This document shows positions 59,552-64,000 of a DNA stretch of 64,000 bases, one piece after another. Both the position numbers and the translations under genes were made by a program. The notes under the pieces were generated by a model, which searched no databases, was not told the origin of the DNA, and saw only the letters and a list, made by a program, of their open reading frames with translations. This DNA comes from Selaginella moellendorffii (Eukaryota; Plantae; Lycopodiophyta), in NCBI RefSeq assembly GCF_000143415.4, contig NW_003314268.1, positions 325,117 to 389,116 of the forward strand, in the 5' to 3' direction. The first letter of the stretch is position 1. Each line of letters opens with the position of its first letter.

Positions 59552-60658
59552 AAATCCTTGTGGTGTCACATGACAGCAAATGCCCGAAAGAGGGAGAGAA
59601 AATCCCCTAGAGCTATGGCATCGCTCAGGCTCTGGGGCGGGACGTCTTGCTCATAAAGGCATGCATTCTGTCTTTGCTGCAAGCGCGGGGCACCGTCACT
59701 CTCATTTCTTTGCAAAAGAGGAGTCGAGCGAGAGCATTGTCAAAGCACTCAAGGATGGAGCGTCTCAAACTTTTGTCTGTCGTATGGCTATATCTCGATG
59801 GTGACGCTGTGGAGCCGTAGGAGTTTCCAATGAAATCCTTGGTTTCTTTCCAGCTGACAGGCTCAAGAGAGCTGAAGAGACGAGCAGTTGTCCTGGCATG
59901 GAATCAAGTAAACTACACCTTGATCTATCGAAAGCCAGAGGAGAATAACGTCAAGCACCTGACGCCATGGCAACAGCGGCGATGCTGCTGCGCTAACAAG
60001 AGCGATCATCATTCTTGGAGGCGAGCGGCCGAGTTCTGACGTGTCGCCGCTACTCGCCGACATGGCTTGCCGTCAACCCAGTGGAACACGAAATGTGCGA
60101 ACATACTTAGAAAATGTCAAAGTCTTGCTGAGCATCTTTCACCTTTCATGTGTTGACGCTGCCGTGATCAGGACATTCCTTTAACAACAGTATGGAGCTC
60201 ACCTTAACAGAAGGCGACTGCAACGAGATGTGGTATGGCTGTTGTGAACTTGAAACTCGACATAGCCATCCTTTGGCACACCCGTTTTAATCTGGACAAG
60301 AATGAGAAAGAACGAATCTGTTGAGAGATCTAAAAGAAAGAATACGAACAGGAAAACAGAAAGAAAAATAAATAAACAAATCATCGTCAGAACAGAAACA
60401 AAAATTGTAGCTTTCTTCTGGAATCTTTAAGCCTCCTGGAATTGGGGCTGGCTCCAAACATTTTGGACAAACAAAAATCATCGCGCGTGCGAGATTTCCT
60501 GGAGCCACCTAGCATAATCCTCGAGGACTGGATCTGTCAAGCGCATTGCTGCGCATTGATCGCGACAGACGTCTGATCACTGAAAATGCGGCACGCAGCT
60601 CGTCTGGAGAAAACCATAAACTTCCACCTTACAGAAAGCAGGATACAGTTTTCTTGCT

Positions 60659-61595
60659 CTAATTCTGGCAACCGCTTAAACCGTAGAGACTGGTCAAGGT
60701 CAGAACCTGCTCTTGCATGCGGGCAGCTAGCTGGGCAGCTTGCTCGGCCGATTGCTTTGCGGCCAATGCATGGCACTGAGCAACTTCAGCTGCTTGTTGA
60801 GCTCGTAAGGCGTGTGTTGTAACAGATTGATCTGTTGCTTGGGCACTTGCAAAGGCTCTCTCAACGGTGGCTAAGGCTGCAAGAGAAGCCGCTTGTGCCC
60901 TCCGTGCAGCATGGGCACTGGCTTCAGCAGCTATCAAGGCAGCAACACCGCCAGCTTGGGCATCCTGTGCCGCGAGCGCACTTGCATGCGCCGTGACGGC
61001 ATGCCCCTGTGCGCTCGCCTGTGCAGCCTGAGCGCTCCTTGGGCGCCTACTAAAGCTGCCTGGATAGCTGCTAACGCAGCTAACCCAGCTAACGCACTCG
61101 CTTGTGGCAACGCATTAACTTGAGCACCCTGTGCCGCGAAATCCTAGGGTTTAGAATTGCAGACGATGAGGACACGTGTCGAGATTCCACCAGCCTCTGC
61201 CATCCCCTTGGCGATTCTGAGAACAGCCCAGCTGATTGAGGAGCAATCGACGGACGTCGTGGCGCAGGCCCAGAATCTTGGTGACGCGCTGGGCATGTGG
61301 AATGCCGTTGGATGACGCGGGTGATTTTAGCAGCGGAATGTCCACCTTCTTGGAGAGCTTTTTTGGCGGCACGGGCGCCCAATGCGGCCACTTCGGCGTT
61401 GCCTGGAGAGAGAAGATTTTTCGCTGCTGTCTCTGGGTTTTTTGCAAGGACATTGGAGGGGATTCCTGAATGATCAAGAACAAAGAAAATGTGGATACCA
61501 CAAAACTACTTGGAAGAACAATTCTGGGTACTTGCGCTGCAGCACGAATTCCTCCGGAGTAGCAGCACCAATCGCAGGAATCGTCGTGATGCCAT
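60659..61595 (-). pseudogene. Possible Ala-rich gene or pseudogene, structure unresolved
   Basis: Ala/Gln-rich frames (AQAAQASAQGHAVTAHASALAAQ...) with an apparent frameshift and a transit-peptide-like start MASRRFLRL at 61595. Confidence 0.3.
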
Positions 61596-62339
61596 GATGG
61601 TTGAGACCTTCGTCTAGTTGGTCCTCCTCATTGCAAGGCATGATCGATCAATCCAAGAGAAATAGATGAGATTGTGCTTGCTGGAAGAACAGTTTTAAAG
61701 GAGGAAGTCTAACTTCATGGATTCCACTATAGAAGTTTCTAAAACCATGACTGCTGCTACATGGGCTCACACTAGCAATTGCCCAGCAAATGCTGGGTGG
61801 TTGGCAAATTTGATGCCATTTGAAGAGGTTTCCTGAGCTTAGCTATGTTTGCTATTTGATCGACTCTAGAACTGAAAGACATTCTCTTGACAAAATGTGT
61901 TATAAGCATTATATAAATTAGATTAGATCACTATTGAGTTGCATTCCTCCATTTTGAACACAAAAAACCCAAAGAATACTTCCAAGTCCATCTTTGGTGC
62001 AAGTGTTGCTACTTGTTCCACAGCCCGCTAAAGAGGTTCCTGGGATGAGCCGAAAACCATTATATTGCAATGAAAGCTGCACTCAAGAAGCAATAGGATG
62101 AAAAGTATACCTCTGCCATTAGCAACTGAATAGCACGTTGCCATATCTAAAATGGGACACCATCCAAGGCACACCAGTCAATGCCAGCTTTGTTGTGGTG
62201 TGCACTTGAAACTCACAAATGCAAGTCAAGGGTGGCTAAGTAGATAGTTTTGTGGAATCATGGTTATATTTAGAATTGTGCCATGTATTTGTCAGTCTAC
62301 TTAAGAATTTCAGCATAGACTGTATTCACAGTGTAAAAG

Positions 62340-64000
62340 TGTTGATCATGTGGTATAAGATTGCCTTGAAGGGGGGTTGCAAACACTTGAACATGAAGTT
62401 GTTTAGGTGATCTACACTTTGACAAAGCAACATAAAGTTGACCATGTGTGAAAACAGGTTGGGGGAGGTAAATGCTAACACGGTCAAAAGTTTGGCCTTG
62501 GGCTTTAGAAATAATTAAGGAATAATCTAGACGAACTGGGAATTGTCTTTAGGACATTTTGAAAGGGATTTCAACATTAGAAGGTGTAAGGGTAATACGT
62601 GGAATAAAAACTCGCAATCCCTTAAATTGTCCTATAATAATTTCACAATTGAAAACATTTTGAGATGCTTACTTGAGAATGAGGCGAGTGCCATTGCATA
62701 AACCAATTTGTGGAGATATGTTCCTAAGAAGAATCAAAATCACATTTTTTTTTAGAATTAATTTGTGTGGTGGTAGTCCCGATGGGGTGATTGAATTTAA
62801 GAATTCAATTGGGAACTCTTCAGGGTGATCTGAGTCAACCGTGTCAATGCTCAAATAAACATATGGATCACCTAGTAGTCTTCTAACAATGTTATTATTT
62901 ATTCTAAATGTGTCATCATTGAGTGGGGTGAGAATAACCTTTGATGCAGCTGTATAGATATTTATAATATCATCAGTATTTGGGAAAACAAAGTTTACAA
63001 CAGGTGTAGAGATAGATAATGCATGTGGTATTTTGATAATATATTGTGGGAGACATGGCAACTATAAACTACTATCACTATTGCCAAGTTTGAGAAGCCA
63101 TTCAGAAAAACAAAGATTGCTTGAACGCATGTTCTTTGTTAGTGTTAGTGTTGTAAGAAGTGATCGTAGTTTATTCATTTTAACTGAGCTTGAAATAATA
63201 GAGGTTCTATGGCCATGGGGAACAACAAAAAGGTTTTGATGAAAGTCACCACTTGTAATCACTATAACGCCTCCAAATGGTTTAGAATTACATTTGAGAT
63301 GCTTTAAACATTTATTAACCACAGAGAAAGCATGTGTGTGGACCATATTAATTTCATCCCATATGAGAACATTTGCTTGTTTAATGATTTTTCCAACATC
63401 ATTATTAATTGTTAAAGCAGAGACAGAAGTTTCATTTAAAGGAACAAGAAGTTTAAAAGTCGTAGTGCTGTTTGACCATATTTTAACAAAATGCTTGCAA
63501 TTCCAATCCATGCCATACTGATTACTTTTATTTTTTTAAATTGTAATGCTGTAATGATGGTATTAAGTAGAAAAGTTTTTCCAGCACCACTAGGTCCATA
63601 AATAAAGAAACATTGATGCTGATTAGTGTCAATGGCATTTATAATGAGTTAAAAAATATAATGTTGTTCATAACTAAATTGATTTATGTTTGCATTTATT
63701 TGGTCTTGTGATGGGTCAAGGACCTCTGTATTAAGCATGTGTTTGATAATGGGAGTAAGAGTTGAGAGTGGTAAATTAAAATCACAATTAGATTTATTGT
63801 GTATTTGGAATTTTGAATTAATACTGACTAAAGCAATGTCAAAATAGTTTATATCATTTCTAGCATAATCCTCAAATATATCAATTTTGAATTGATCTCA
63901 TAATAGAATTAGATCTTTTGGTGAACAATACAAACAAATAAAAACAAATGACTATTTTAATTGGGATGGCATTTTAAAAGTAAAAGCTTCTTGCATGCAA
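62340..64000 (-). mobile_element. Helitron RepHel remnant (PIF1-family helicase pseudogene), runs off the window end
   Basis: Motifs GPSGAGKTF, LIWDEI, FGGVIVITSGDFHQ, LTKNMR, PSGLPPHKL, GLCNGTRL, KAQGQT and FSHGQLYVALS, with stops and frameshifts. Confidence 0.88.

Overview
This is eukaryotic, transposon-rich plant DNA. It has TTTAGGG repeats, telo-boxes and very short 47-57 nt GT-AG introns; a non-seed plant such as a lycophyte is my inference only. (1) 1674-14933 is a 13.3-kb DNA transposon with perfect 22-bp TIRs. It carries an intact Sola1/DUF7869-like DDD transposase (+) and a divergent 11-exon cargo gene (-) of about 1630 aa with ParB/Srx-like, degenerate N6/N4 DNA-methyltransferase-like and FCP1/HAD-like modules. 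It also holds 26 copies of a 22-bp palindrome (ATGGCRTGWGGCCWCAYGCCAT), concentrated in introns, the intergenic region, the subtermini and linkers. (2) Three decayed copies of a GCM/SWIM-type Mutator-like transposase follow. The largest (~34-50.4 kb) has its own divergent ParB-like plus N6/N4-MTase-like cargo pseudogene, preceded by a tandem hairpin array. (3) Nested retroelements include a full-length mutated Ty3/Gypsy (34515-42491, TSD TGCAC), a TRIM, a solo LTR and decayed LTR remnants. (4) 52-61.6 kb is a locally duplicated cluster of unknown host-like genes. (5) A Helitron helicase remnant lies at the right end. There are two 100-N assembly gaps. The top hypothesis is that two unrelated DNA transposons each carry a ParB-MTase accessory gene plus their own palindromic cis-array, possibly a self-recognition or anti-silencing system. 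Domain calls are from motif recognition by eye, not database searches.
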